Assembly (NCBI GenBank): GCA_043228905.1
Contig: JBHGNT010000003.1
Span: 8,494,001-8,558,000 of the forward strand
Length of the DNA: 64,000 nt
Source: Azolla caroliniana
Lineage: Eukaryota > Plantae > Polypodiophyta
Direction: 5' to 3'
This document shows, in pieces, positions 1 through 11,699 of this stretch. The notes beneath the pieces were generated by a model, which was not told the DNA's origin, did not search any database, and saw nothing but the letters and a program-made list of their open reading frames with translations. The stretch's first letter is position 1, and every line of letters begins with the position of its first letter. Both the position numbers and the translations under genes were made by a program.

Positions 1-1140
1 ATTCTATCATAATCATCGGTTGACAGGTCATTTTGGTTTCCATAAGCTCCTCCATCGCATTCGGTCAATGTATTATTGGTCAAAATTAAGACAGTCTATC
101 TCTACATTCCTACAAACATGCCCCACATGTCAGATCGTAAAAAACCCACAGTCCACATATGGTACCTTGACACCCATTGAAGTCAAGGAACCTTTTGAGA
201 TGGTGGGATGGGACCTCATGGGCCCGTTCCCAACATCAATACAAGGAAACAAATAGGTTTTGGTAATTACAGAATACTTGACATGTTGGTACCGGATGCA
301 ACAGCAAATACAGTCGCCAACGCCCGTCTACAAAGGGTGATTTTTCCTCACGGATGCCCTCACCAAATTCTTTCAGATCAAGGATCACAGTTCCGAAGCG
401 AAGTGATGCAAGTTCTCATGTAGAGTTTGGGAATGAAGCAGTTGTTTACATCGCCATATCATCCCCAGACTAACGGCCTCACGGAGAGAATGAATAAAAC
501 CATTAAACAAACTATTGCCGCCTATGTTGATCCTTTACATCAATCATGGGATCAAGTATTGTCGTTCGCGGTACACGCATACAACACCTCGGTACAAGAA
601 TCCACCAAGGTGAGTCCATTCAGGGCATTGTATGGCCGTGATCCTCATCTCCCACCAGACCCACACACCATAAAAGTCAACCCACATCATAGTGATGCCA
701 CTTCGTGGTGGTTATACCTACAATCAAAGATGCCTCTTCTCTGATAAGCCATTCAATATAATTTGAGTAAAGCCTAACAACGACAAAAGAAATACTTCGA
801 CAAATCACATAGGCCAACCACACTCAACATCGACGAATATGTTAGAGTCTATTACCCAGTACGGAAAAAGGGTCTTTGTGAATCATTCATGCACAGATGG
901 TTAGGACCATACAAGATCATAACACGCATCGGCTCGAACACTTACCAGTTGCGCCGAGTCAATAAATCGACGGAAACAGTCGCACATGTCTCGTGGATTA
1001 GGCGCATACCTCCACCAACTGAGAATCTCCACCCCGACGACACCGGTGAGGACGCCACGGGTCTGTCGCAGCCATCGACACACTTGGATGTATCCACAGT
1101 CGAGGCGCAGGCGTATCCTCCACTCCGCATCAGACCATAG
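1..1140 (+). mobile_element. Degenerate Ty3/gypsy integrase (HHCC, DDE core, GPY module; no chromodomain), with stops and frameshifts
   Basis: ORFs give GHFG..YYW..CPTCQ, DLMGPFP, ILSDQGSQF, YHPQTNGLTERMN, SPFRALYGR and WLGPYKI. Confidence 0.92.
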
Positions 1141-1293
1141 CCGCCCACAATCGTCACAACATCAACAGTGTCACAATCAACATCCCTGATAGGCATTGCA
1201 CAGTGACTTTCGTAGTTAAAAACCCTCGCTGCACAATAAAGAAAAGAAAAGCAAAGGAATAAGTGACTAGGTTTTAATATGTAATTTTTTTCT

Positions 1294-1455
1294 AAAAGGG
1301 GGAGGTGTCATGTGTGGGGGACCACACTAGATAGTTTGGTCCCAAGAGGAACCAATAAACTTGTAACTAACTAGGGGTAGAGCCAAGAAAGGTGGGAAAC
1401 CTTATAAAGAGAGATTCCTACCAAGAGAGATAGGGGTCGGTAATTGAGCACATTA
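1294..1455 (+). mobile_element. Polypurine tract plus start of the 3' LTR of the upstream gypsy
   Basis: AAAAGGGGGAGG (1294-1305) immediately followed by TGTCA at 1306; TATA-like TTATAAA near 1401; LTR end is lost in low-complexity DNA. Confidence 0.7.
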
Positions 1456-2755
1456 CAATATATATATATATATATACATCCATACACACACATTGGATAT
1501 ATGTATACTTACACATACATCGGATATATACATGTATATTATATGCATATTACAAACATACATCCATATACGAGCTATACACATACTAAACATTAAAATA
1601 CACAGAAAATATAGATACATAAATACATTACATATATACACATACATACATACATACATTCATATATTCATTCATACATTGTTACACGTATATATGTACA
1701 TATGCCTACAATGTCTTACATATAAATTTTATAAGCACACACACATACATACATTACATGCAAGCATACACATACATACATTACATGTATGCATACACAT
1801 ACATATATTACATGCATGCATACACATACATACATTCCATAGATATGTACATATATATCACCACATACACACACACACATAGTCATACACACAACAATAG
1901 TACATATATACATACACATACATACATTAGATATATACATACATATTACAAGCACACATCTATACACATTGAATCATGTACATTGGCATACGCGTATACG
2001 CATAAACATACATACATAAATTACATATGTTACATGTACATACATATTCCACATATCACCATATATATAGGTCATACGGGGTCATACAAACTACATTACT
2101 TACATATATACATGTGCATATTGCAAACATACATCTAGATATGAGCCATACACATACTAAACACTAAAATACCCCGAAAATATACATACATATATACACA
2201 TACGTACATTTGTATATAGACATACATATATTCATTCATACATTGAAACACATATATACGTACATATGCCTACAATGATACACGTATAAATTTTACAAAC
2301 ATACATCCATCCATACACATATATACATTACATACATACATATTACCATATATATAGGTCATACGGGGTCATACAAACTACAACACGTACATAATATATA
2401 CATACACATACATACATATTACAAACACACATCCACCCACACATGTATGCATACACATACAAACATTACATATTGCATATATACACATATGTACATTCAT
2501 ACATGTACATACATATATTCATTCAACACATAATGGATCAATATACACATCTAAACTTACACACATGACATATATATACAATACATACAACACATGCAAT
2601 ACATTACATATATGTACATACATACACACATCCCATACATACAATGCATATGTGTATACAATAGATACATCGTACAATTAATACAATACAATATGTACAT
2701 ACATACACACTTACAAATGTACACATATCACATAGATGTATATACATGCAATACA
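1456..2755. repeat. Degenerate (CA/TA/CATA)n low-complexity tract with internal block duplications
   Basis: Block ~1540-1760 recurs at ~2110-2330; ATATAGGTCATACGGGGTCATACAAACTACA occurs at ~2065 and ~2352. Confidence 0.85.
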
Positions 2756-4085
2756 ATACCTTACCTCGCTCTAAAGGGGGACTAGGTATTATTGATCCAG
2801 TAGACCAATCAAGAGCATTATTACGTAAGTTTCTCATTAGAGGATTTATGCCGGTGAAAGAGATATGGAAAGTATTATTGCTTGAACGTTGTTCAGATTG
2901 CTCTCCTCGCTTAGGTGCCCCCTGGTCTGAGGATTTAAACTGGATATTTATTGAAAATTTCAGAGTACCTACAACTAACAAGTGGGAAGACAAATTTATT
3001 AGGACATTATTTTCAGCATGGAAAAAAGTATTACCTGGTTTGCTTCGCAATAAACCTAAACCCAAACATTATCTTAAGTATCTCAGACAAAGGATAATTT
3101 GGAATCCGTTGTTTACAACATCAGATGGTTCACAGTTGGATTCTAGACAATGGTTATCGCTGGGAAAAATGATAGAGGGTCTTGCGAAAACAGTTTAAAC
3201 ATGACAAGGATTTTTATCGCGTTCATGGGAAGAGCAAAAAGAAATCCTAGGTAATATGCATGGTGGACAAATAATGTATCAACAAATTCAAGAATCTATG
3301 AGTAGACTCCCCATACCACCCAATAACTCTAACCACAGATGGGTTGGGGTTTTTTCAAGATTGGAAGTACTCTTGGCTGTTAAGGGGTATTCAGATGATA
3401 AGACCTACCAGACTTTTGAGGTGGATGAAGCAAACCAATTGACTCAGTTGGGAGAAATGAGGATAGATTACCCTTATGCTATGGAACACAAGATAAGGGT
3501 CGTCGGATATGCTGACCGTAAATGGTATATTGATCCAATGATTGAAGAAATAAGGACACATTGGAAGTTGTGGGTGTTGGCTAAAAAACCGGTATTCAGA
3601 TTAGAATGGGCTCCAATTGATTATCAGTGGACAGATCCTTTTATGGGTAAAATGTTCAGTTTCTTCCAATATTCTGTATAGTTAGGAAGACATGTGCTTT
3701 CAGATACACGAGATATGTTACCGGCTACATTTCAATATTGGAATCAACAAGGTATTACTCCCCAATTCCTTGCAAACTTTTGGGTTATATTATGGGCATG
3801 AAAACAACCACACCAAATATTGCATGCTACTTGTAGACCGAACTGAACCTTGCCGGTTGGCACATGGTTGCATAGGATGGGAGTAGCTTCTACTTGACAT
3901 GCACGATGCCATTTACAAATGGAAACTAAAAAATAAGCTACTCAAAAACATTGCTTATGGGAATGCACCGAGTCCTTGATATAACAATGTCTCCTTAGAA
4001 TTTTTGCTATCTATTTCCCCCCATTGGTTTTCACTGTCTATAGTACAGGGTTTCCTTCCTATGGTACACTTGTGGGGTTTTTCCG
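2756..4085 (+). mobile_element. L1-like LINE ORF2 C-terminal fragment (post-RT region to zf-RVT), pseudogenised
   Basis: TLPRSKGGLGIIDP motif, IIWNPLF, then a decayed C..C..H.LW.C finger near 3890-3965; homologous to the LINE at 47076-49260. Confidence 0.8.
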
Positions 4086-6898
4086 GGGTATCCAGACTAT
4101 CGTGGCCCCACGTCTTGATAGCCCTCTCTAAAAATCCCCTCGACCTTCGCCGCCGAGGGTCTCATGGTTGCGCTCGTGGTTCGGTCACACCATTAGAAAT
4201 TGGACAGAGTGCCGCCCATCTTAGCTCTTCACTCAGGCGTACGCCGAACCGTTATCCAGCACCTTCATCTCCATGCATGCCGCCTTGATGTATGGTTCGC
4301 CGAGGATCACCGGATGCGAGGATGTCTCCTACACGAAGAAGTGTTGATCAATCTCGACATCGCCGATCTTCACTCGTACATTTGGGCAAGCCCTGTGTAG
4401 TTCCTCCGTGGTGCGCGTCGCTGCTCATAATTTCCACCCGTGCTTGGTGTTGATCGGCCACTTACGCTTCTTGTAGAAGTCCATGGACATCAGGTTAATC
4501 TCCGAACCGTGGTCTACCAACGCCACCACCGGCTCCTGAGTATCTCCAATCCGAACGGGGGTCTCCGTAGTGGCTCTAGCCCAATGCAGCCTCGAATAGT
4601 GGCTTTCCGCCAACTCGTCCTCCAACGCCATATCTTCCAGGTGCGTTGTTCGCACCTCCACCAGCTTCTCCGGCTCCGGCTCTGTTGAAAGTCGTTTCCG
4701 CTTCACCAAGTCCATGATGGAGTCGTGGAACTCCTTCTTAGCGATCTCGAGCACTTCCCTTAACGACAGCTCCACCTTGTTGTCGAGGATTCGTTCCTCC
4801 AAGACCTTTCGTAGATCCGTCGTCCTTTCTATCTCGGTGCTCAGCCGGTAACCGGCCTTCTTTGTCTTGTCCGGTGCATCGGTTGTATCGGCGTCATTCT
4901 GCTTCGACCCAAACCGGGCCTCGTACCTCTGCGAGGGTCCGACCCCTCCCGCTTTTCCCGCATGCTTGTCCTCTACCAGAACCTCGTAGTTCTGGCACGC
5001 GGCTTCCACGAAGCTGGTCTTTTCCTCAAACGGGTCGTCCCACCCGGTGACCTCCCAGACCTGCCTTTCCGCGTGGTCCGTTTCCTCCTTCCTCAGCCGC
5101 ACGCCGGCGAGGCCTTCTAGCACCAACGGCCAGAACCCAGAGTCCTTCGTCCTCCAGCCTTCATCACTCCCGACCCGGATTCTTGCCGACGTCGAGTAGT
5201 GGATGGTGTCTCTGCATGGCGCACCGTCGCTTCTTCCATCAGCCGCTTCATTCCTCCGCGTCCAATGTTCAACTCCAGGGCGCTCTGGGTCTCACTAGCA
5301 TGTACCTGCCCGTTCCATATGTACACCATGTTAGCCCTGAGCGCTTCCGTGAAGTCCTCGCAGTCCTTCCGGTTGTGACCGACCGCGTCACACCACAAGC
5401 ACCGATGCCCAGCCGAAGGCCTTCAGTCGCAAGGCTGCTCGCCACCGTCCCTCCTTGCCTATGCAATCTGGAGGTCTCGTACCATCTGCGTTCGCTCCTC
5501 CGGATGGGTCTTTGACCACGTTGGTCGATGTCGAGCCTGTCTCGAGCCAATCTCAAGTTTCCTCCCTTCGCGCCGGCAGTGGTCGCTCGAGCTTTCTTGT
5601 CACAACAGATCTCGCCCCCGATGAGCCCTTGTCGCCCCAGTCATGCCGTCTATCGAAACGTCCGCAAACTCTTTTCACCACGGCCCAGTCGGTCGTCAAG
5701 CCGTCGTCTGTCTCCATCAGGAGACCCACTTGCTCCCGATTCCACACGTCCACAGCCTTTACAAACAACTGAACCCGGCTTGTATCTAGTATGGTCCTGT
5801 CCAGTGTCGAGAGTCGTGCAAAGCGTTCCTCAAACTCCCAAAGGAGCACCGACGTGTTTCTCCCCTTTTTGGGTGTCTCCACCCACTCCACGAAGTCCTG
5901 CTTCGAACCGAAGCGCGTCACCAAGCCCGTACTTCTCAAGGAGCCGACTTTCAAATTCTTCCCAAGTCCGACACTCAGCCCGCACCTCGAGCACCTCCAC
6001 GTGGATACCCAGCATTGCCACCCGAGGGAATCCGGCCAGCCGCCTGTCCTCCGGAATGTCCCTCATTACCATTTTGGCTCGGTAGGCCTCCAGATAACTC
6101 GTGGTGTCCTTCCCACCGAACCAGCCTATTGTACCAACAATCGCTTCGATGGCCCTGTCAAGGGCGTGTGTGCCCTCACGCGCACTCACTATCCAATCAA
6201 TGGCAGAAGCCATGGCTTCGGCAAGCTCCAATCCCCTCATCTTTCGATTCCTCTACCGCCTTGTTTCACGTGGGAGAGACTAAGGCGGAACCGCGGGGGC
6301 CTTGAACCGAGGAATAACCGAACAAAGGGAGGAGCGACACAGGAACAATGGCCAAGCCACACTCAAATACACAGAGCTCGCAACTTATTCAACAACGGAA
6401 AACAAGATATATATATATATATATGATTAGGGTTACAACCGGCAAGCCGGTGAGCGACAACGCTCTAACACACATGCACACATAGAAACGCGAGATGGAG
6501 ACTCTGCCGGAAGCACTTGGGCTTTCCACGAAGTAGAGGCAGCCTCCCGAAAACCTACAGAGAGAAACAACAGAGGAAGACAAAGGATAAGGGCTCGGTC
6601 CCGATCCGACATCACTTCATCCTCAACAGAACGTGATCCTGACTCTGCCCCTTTCCCTCTCTTTTATAGCCCAAGGAGGGAAAGACATTACAACCGGTCA
6701 CACGACCATTATTCTCTATCCTTTCGAACAGAGATACTCCTCGATTTCCTACCTAATGAATACGTGCTACCTAGGATATTCACATCGGCCGGTCTATACC
6801 TAACTATGTACAATACATCAAACTTTGTGCCCGCGTGTAAGGGTCGGTTCACGCACACTATTCCCGGATTCCGCCTCGTGACGGTTTTCTTCTCGACA
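4086..6898 (-). mobile_element. GC-rich Ty3/gypsy element: 5' LTR, gag (CCHC knuckle), DUF4100-like segment and aspartic protease; 3'-truncated
   Basis: Gag from ATG 6240 (FGGKDTTSYLEAY..), WCDAVGHNRKDC knuckle, ALVDHGSEINLM protease; several frameshifts; the DUF4100 assignment is from recall. Confidence 0.85.
6262..6898 (-). mobile_element. 5' LTR (~637 bp) of the GC-rich gypsy
   Basis: Minus strand begins TGTCGAGA at 6898 and ends GTGAAACA at 6262; TATA-like GCTATAAAAG at 6661-6670; gag ATG follows 21 nt after the LTR end. Confidence 0.65.
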
Positions 6899-7615
6899 CC
6901 GCAGAGGGTGCATCATGGCATTAAGAAAGAATTCTCTTTTTGACCTCAGGCAAATCTGGAACACAAACCTTCCCATTACAGTAGAGCAGATCGTTAGTAA
7001 TGTGGAAGTATTCCTTCGAGGATGTGGTGGTGTCTGTTCCAGACTCAACTCTTGCCCAGTATTTCGCAAAATAACTGTCATCGGGATACTTTCCTCGAAG
7101 GTGATCATAAAGATCTGATGTTATTTAAGTGAAGCTAAGCATGTTAACTTCACGGATGCAACTTAGTGCATCAGAGACAATGTTCATGGAACCTTTACGA
7201 TATCATATGGAAAAATCAAAGTCCTGGATAAGATCAGCCCATCGTGCCTTACGACCTTTCAAGTCTTGTTGGTCACAAAAATATTTCAAGGACTCGTGGT
7301 CCGTAGTTACCACAAAGTGATTTCCATAAAGATAATGGCGCCATGTTTTGAGCGCATGTATAACTGCAAATAACTCCTTTTCTTGAATGGTATACCGACA
7401 TTGAGAAGAATCAAGTTTCTTACTCTCGAATGCTATTGGTTTACCATCGTGATATAAGACAACACCTATAGCATAATCTCTTGCATCGGTTTCAACCTCA
7501 TTTAAAGGTTTTGAAGGATCGGGTAAAAGAAGCAAAGGAGCCTTGCACACCAAGTCCTTGATTTCCTTAAAGGCAAGGTCTGGTGTAGCATTCCACACAA
7601 TAGGTTTAACGACAA
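6899..7615 (-). mobile_element. Ty3/gypsy (chromovirus-type) RNase H to integrase zinc-finger fragment
   Basis: VETDARDYAIG, IAFESKKL, EKELFAVIHALKTWRHYL, TTDHESLKY, HDAPSA; clearly homologous to 16030-16730. Confidence 0.9.
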
Positions 7616-7959
7616 ACGACAAACGATGGCTCACCCTGTCGCTCATCAGGTCTATTAGTCTCACGTTGTAAACTAATGACACGTGCCTCGAGAGCACTTT
7701 GAGATTGCCGAAGTTTGGTCATCTGTTGAGCGGTGAAACTAAGGCATTGGGTTATTTGCGAAAAATACATCTCAATGGACATTTGTCCAGGAGGATTCCC
7801 TTTAGTTCATTCCGCTTGAGCGGATGACATCGGGTCGTTATTTTGAGCCATTGAATGATTATTTCTGGCAAATAAATAGGATAAGGTCAGACAAATAGTC
7901 ATAACATCATGTCGTGATGTAAACATATCATGGGCCAACATTAATAGATATCATGATGT

Positions 7960-8240
7960 CACGTCAATACCCCTCTAGACGTATGAGGTTAGGTTCAAGA
8001 TCAGATTACTATGGTAACACAAAGGTGTTTTAAAAACCATGGGGGTGACAAATGAATGTCTTTCCCTGATCTCTATATCGATTTTTTCATGGCGGCTCCC
8101 CGAGGTTCAACCATGTATGTTCGCATCATGAATAGTTATACACGAAAAAAATGTTAACAATAAACTATGTTTCTGTGTCCACATATGTGGTTTCGGCTCT
8201 TTAAGTACTATTACGAGGACCCCGAAGTGCACTTAGACCT
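7960..8240 (+). repeat. Dispersed repeat, copy 1 (copy 2 at ~14055-14325)
   Basis: Shared blocks TGGTAACAC..GTGTTTT..AAACCAT, TGATCTCTAT.TCGA.TTTT..TGG.GG.T.CCCGAGG.TCAACCATGT and GGACCCCGAA.GCAC. Confidence 0.7.
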
Positions 8241-9021
8241 CAAGTCTAAACATGTGTTATAGTCATATGTATCAACGATGTTGTATGGTCTTGGTCATAT
8301 CTGAACTCGAGACCTCGAGAACAAATGCATTAAACACTTAAGCCAACCAAGTAGGTTGCTCTTCTTGAATGTTTAATATTTAATGCATATAAGAGATATG
8401 CGAGGCATTTGCACATATATGTTTTTTTTAAAGAAACATATATGTCAAGAGTCCTTATTTCCCCCTCATTTACCACAAACTATGTTGGTACGTTACCTAA
8501 CCAAGTCTCGTAATTACGATGGCAAACACCAAAGTGCAACCTAATGGTCAAGCCAAATGAGCCCTCTTTTCGTAGTAGGCCCACGTGGCCCATCACATGG
8601 TTACTTCATTACGACTGTCTTTCGTAAGAATGATCTCATGGTGGCATCGTATCCATGTAATGAGGGAGGGATGTTGGATATGTGTGTCATAGGAGAGACC
8701 TCACATGAAGTGGGTCAAGCCCTACGTTCTCAACACCATTGTGGCTATGATTGTTTCATTACATAATGAAATCGAAGTGACCAATGGGGATGTCAACAAA
8801 AAAATTTGTTGAAAAAGGGATGGTGACAACGCCATTCTCACAAAAATGTGAGGACGGCCACCAAGATCTGTTCCCCGAAAAGGAAAATATTCAATATTGA
8901 AATCATGTAATATCAAATATACACATATGTCTATATATCACATATATACGATCAAATACGTATACATGTGACCACATATGCGTATATTAAACAAATCATT
9001 ACATCAATAGCCAAAAATGAT

Positions 9022-9295
9022 GTAATCGAGATACGTAATCGAGGCATATACCCTCTATGCACACGAAACATCCCAAAATAAGGGTTAATCGTAATACGCA
9101 ATTGAGACATTGACCTCTTATGCATACAACACCAAACGCATATCATTTAGAACAAAATCGAGGTATTGACCTCATACGCATACGTAACATATGTATGTGA
9201 GCGTAATACGCAATTGAGGCATTAACCTCGTGCCCATACGACACTAATCACATATTAAATATATGTCAAATGAGATATTGACCTTGTGCACATAT
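9022..9295. repeat. Degenerate tandem array (~5 units, ~45-70 bp spacing) in the leader downstream of a PBS
   Basis: Core (CGTAATACGC)AATTGAGGCATTGACCTC..TGCATAC recurs at ~9030, 9090, 9156, 9202 and 9270. Confidence 0.65.
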
Positions 9296-9525
9296 ATAAA
9301 CATTTTATATAACCAATTAATTACCACTTCAACATCATTGAATTAATGAAAACAAAATTACATATGACCATATACACGATTACAAGGGAGAAAAAATAGA
9401 AAAAAAAACAAGAAAGATTACCGGATTCCTTTGTTGATTGCTGTTTGGAACAAGGTTGGCCGCACATCGATCGATCACCATCAATCAAGAAGACAAAAGA
9501 CAACAAAAGAAAGATTAGAACATGA

Positions 9526-9994
9526 GCTCTGAAACCAACTATTAGAGATATGATCTAATATAAGCATATGATAAGGAGAAAAGAATGATAGATAGAAAGG
9601 AGAGAGAGAGAAAGAAGGGTGTCGATCCACCCGACCACCCCCGAGCAAAGGAATCGAGACGGACTCGAACCTCGATCAGCGTCCCATACCACCGTCGTGG
9701 CGTCGAGTCGTACATGGTGCTGGCGCGCTCACTACAAGAGTTGACCCACCACAAGAGCAAAGTCTCGACGTAGTCAAAAGATGATGAAATGAGGGTAGTT
9801 AGGCCTCTTATTTATAGCGATACCCAAGGCCCCGAGGCAAGTTCACACTTGGCCTAATGGGTTGTCTCAATCCTGAGGATTAAAAGTAATCCTCCCCTTC
9901 TTTACACTCTCATTTAACCCTCACACTTATCCACGTGTATAGAATACTACGGTAAATTCTCACCGCGAGATATTATATGGTCATGCCCGTAACA
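9526..9994 (-). mobile_element. 5' LTR (9540-9994) with tRNA-iMet primer-binding site
   Basis: Minus strand starts TGTTACGGG at 9994; TATA GCTATAAATA near 9810-9818; ends TCTCTAATA (decayed TAACA); PBS TGGTTTCAGAGC (1 mismatch to TGGTATCAGAGC) at 9526-9537. Confidence 0.75.
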
Positions 9995-10721
9995 ATACTA
10001 ATCCTCATCTTTTAGTACTAATTCGTTCTCTGTCTTAGTATTGTTCCTGACAGTACTTCTCTATCTTAGTACTTTTCCTGACATTGTCACTCTCTTTTAT
10101 CATTCCCAAGTTTCCAACCTCGTCACATCTAGCTCCAAGTTCTTTTGTTGCTCGTAACCCCATCATTTGTGCTCCGTCTGCGTCCATGCTTGGTGTGTCC
10201 GTGACAGTTTGAATCCATGTTACCAGTAGGAGTTGTACGGGGCAGTATAAGGGTAAAACACATTAAAGGGGTTGTTCTGTTTGTGTAATGTAGGAAATAT
10301 TTGTGTAAACACATGCACAATTATGTGCATTTAATGGTCTTCTTTTTGTAACGGTCATATTATTAGCCATTACACTATGTACTATATAAACCCTTTATGG
10401 GGTATGTAATGAACATAATATTTTTCCCTCTCATTTTGGTGTTGCTTCTTTGTTTCACTCTCCTTCTCTCTCTCTCTCACGTAAACCCCCTGGATTTGGC
10501 TTCACCTCCCACCCCAACAACAATCCCTTCCAACTGGAAGCATCACCCATCTTCGTCATTGACCTTGCTTCTAGAGTTACCATCCTCACCGTCCTTGCTT
10601 TCGGAGTTACCATCATGAACATCCTTGTCTTCGACCTCATCATTATTCCACCCTCTTCATTGTCATTGTTATCATCTATAGGCATCATTTTGCAACACTA
10701 TTTTGGTGATGATTGCTTTAA

Positions 10722-11056
10722 ATCGCTCACCTTCCTAAATCCGATGGGGTCACAACCGCTCACTTTCATGGTGGGGATCGGATCATCACTAACTTGTACT
10801 CCATTTTCATTTTAGTTCAAGTCTCACTCCACCTTCCTTTGGCGAGGATCGATTTCGATCACTCACCTTCAAGTTCCGGTGGGGGTCAAAACCGCTCACT
10901 TTCTTGGTGGGGATTAGATCATCTATCTTGCACTCCATTTTCTTTTTAGTTCAAGTATTGTGCCACTTTCCTTTAGTGCGGACCGATTTCGATCGGTCAA
11001 CTTCTAGTTCCAGTGGGGGTCACAATCGCTCACTTTCTTGGTGGGGATCGCATCGG
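10722..11056. repeat. ~136-bp tandem repeat, ~2.5 copies
   Basis: GGGGTCACAACCGCTCACTTTC.TGGTGGGGATC recurs at ~10746, 10882 and 11016. Confidence 0.8.
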
Positions 11057-11175
11057 TTTCTCACTAGCGCAACCGTTTGTGCCGTTTTTTGGGTCAACCT
11101 TGACTATTTACCCTCTCATAATGGAAGTTGAGTCGACTACTTCACTTGCACTCCTTCAACCATTGTTGTTCCAGT

Positions 11176-11698
11176 TAGCAATAGGCGTGATTCGGTTTTA
11201 AGGCAAAGAAACTAAAACCGAACCGTTTATTTAAAACAAAAACCAAACCAAATTGTTTAAGAAATCTGAATATTTAAACCAAACTTGATGAAAAAGTTGA
11301 AACCAAATCACTTAAAAAACAAACCATTTAGGGAAAGTTAAGAGCAAACCGAACCATTTTGTAAAAAATTTAAACCTAACCACTTAAATCAAACTAATTA
11401 AACATCTAAATAAACAAAAATACATAAAATTAAATAAGTATTTAAGTTAAATATATTAAATCAATAAAAAACTATTAATTAAACCATTAAATCAATATAC
11501 TATTAAGGTTACAAAAAGTTAACCAAAAACCTTTAAACCAAACCTATCAACCTATCAACCCGAGTTTTAGAATTGAACCGAACTGTTTATAAAAAATCCA
11601 AACCAAAACAAACCATTAAATTTTTTTAGAACCAATAAACTGTTAAACCATGGCTTAACGGTTCGGTTTGGTTTGAGCCGAAACCATGCCCATTGCTA
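11176..11698. mobile_element. hAT-type MITE with AACCG/AAACC-rich subterminal repeats
   Basis: TIRs TAGCAATAGGCGTGATTCGG / CCGAAACCATGCCCATTGCTA; 8-bp flanks GTTCCAGT and GTACTAGT (6/8 match, TSD). Confidence 0.8.
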
Positions 11699-11699
11699 G

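Noticed and set aside
1453-2785. His/Tyr/Ile/Thr-rich ORFs
   Set aside because: Translations of CA/TA microsatellite; open in many frames on both strands
5183-6426. Plus-strand ORFs of 100-211 aa
   Set aside because: Antisense shadows of the GC-rich gag with no recognisable motifs
8280-8360. tRNA/SINE-like A and B boxes on the minus strand
   Set aside because: Both boxes match poorly; no cloverleaf, tail or TSD
9022-9295. CRISPR array
   Set aside because: Eukaryotic context, degenerate repeats, irregular spacers and no cas genes
10232-10520. Solo LTR (TG..CA with TATA)
   Set aside because: No TSD, PBS or PPT found; boundaries unsupported
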